DNA of 63,952 bases, filler included, from Octopus bimaculoides (lineage: Eukaryota): assembly GCF_001194135.2 (NCBI RefSeq). It is 7 parts of 6 records of this genome, joined end to end, with 100 filler letters (N's around TTAATTAATTAA, not from the genome) between each part and the next. Parts side by side here need not be neighbours in the genome. Positions count along the whole stretch, not along the records: positions 61,394 to 63,952 come from NW_026294909.1; 6 more parts are not named here. One strand, 5' to 3'. Each line of letters opens with the position of its first letter. Within the stretch, counting starts at the first letter, position 1. Shown here in pieces: positions 63,730 through 63,952 of this stretch. Under the pieces are notes generated by a model. It worked only from the letters and a program-made list of their open reading frames with translations. It was not told where the DNA came from and made no database searches. Position numbers and translations under genes: made by a program.

Positions 63730-63952
63730 CTTTCTACTACAGACAAAAGGCCTGAAATTTTGGTGGAGAGGTATAGTATATTACCTTGACGCTTGTCCTC
63801 TCTTATAAAACATCAGCTAAAACTATTGACTGATGGCGCAAATCGATTGCCAGACTGTAGTAAATTCCTGAGTAGACGAAGCGGTGAGTGGAAGTGAACA
63901 AACTTGACAGCAGTTGCAATATGTCTGAAAGATTTTCACAACAGCTTCTGGA

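Overview
AT-rich eukaryotic, gap-riddled draft-scaffold DNA. The SINE set, extreme microsatellite load and repeat landscape most resemble an octopus/cephalopod genome (inference from family recognition, no search run). No complete host gene, rRNA, CRISPR array or prokaryotic operon is present. Recognisable content is almost all mobile-element debris: at least four subfamilies of RLE-type non-LTR retrotransposons of the R4/Dong clade (RT, CCHC knuckle, PD-(D/E)xK endonuclease), an RTE AP-endonuclease fragment, a Helitron PIF1-helicase fragment, a maT/mariner transposase fragment, a decayed hAT/Charlie transposase, CR1/L2-like remnants, three tRNA-derived SINE families and several MITE/foldback hairpins. 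A few isolated candidate exons suggest the window may lie in long introns. The most interesting pattern is a (TAA)n-centred cluster of elements: every R4/Dong 3' end seen abuts sense-strand (AAT)n, several subfamilies are stacked in one microsatellite (52.5-55.3 kb), SINE tails sit tail-to-tail with them, and a 5S-rRNA-like SINE head sits in the same target polarity. All translations and alignments were done by eye; boundaries are approximate.
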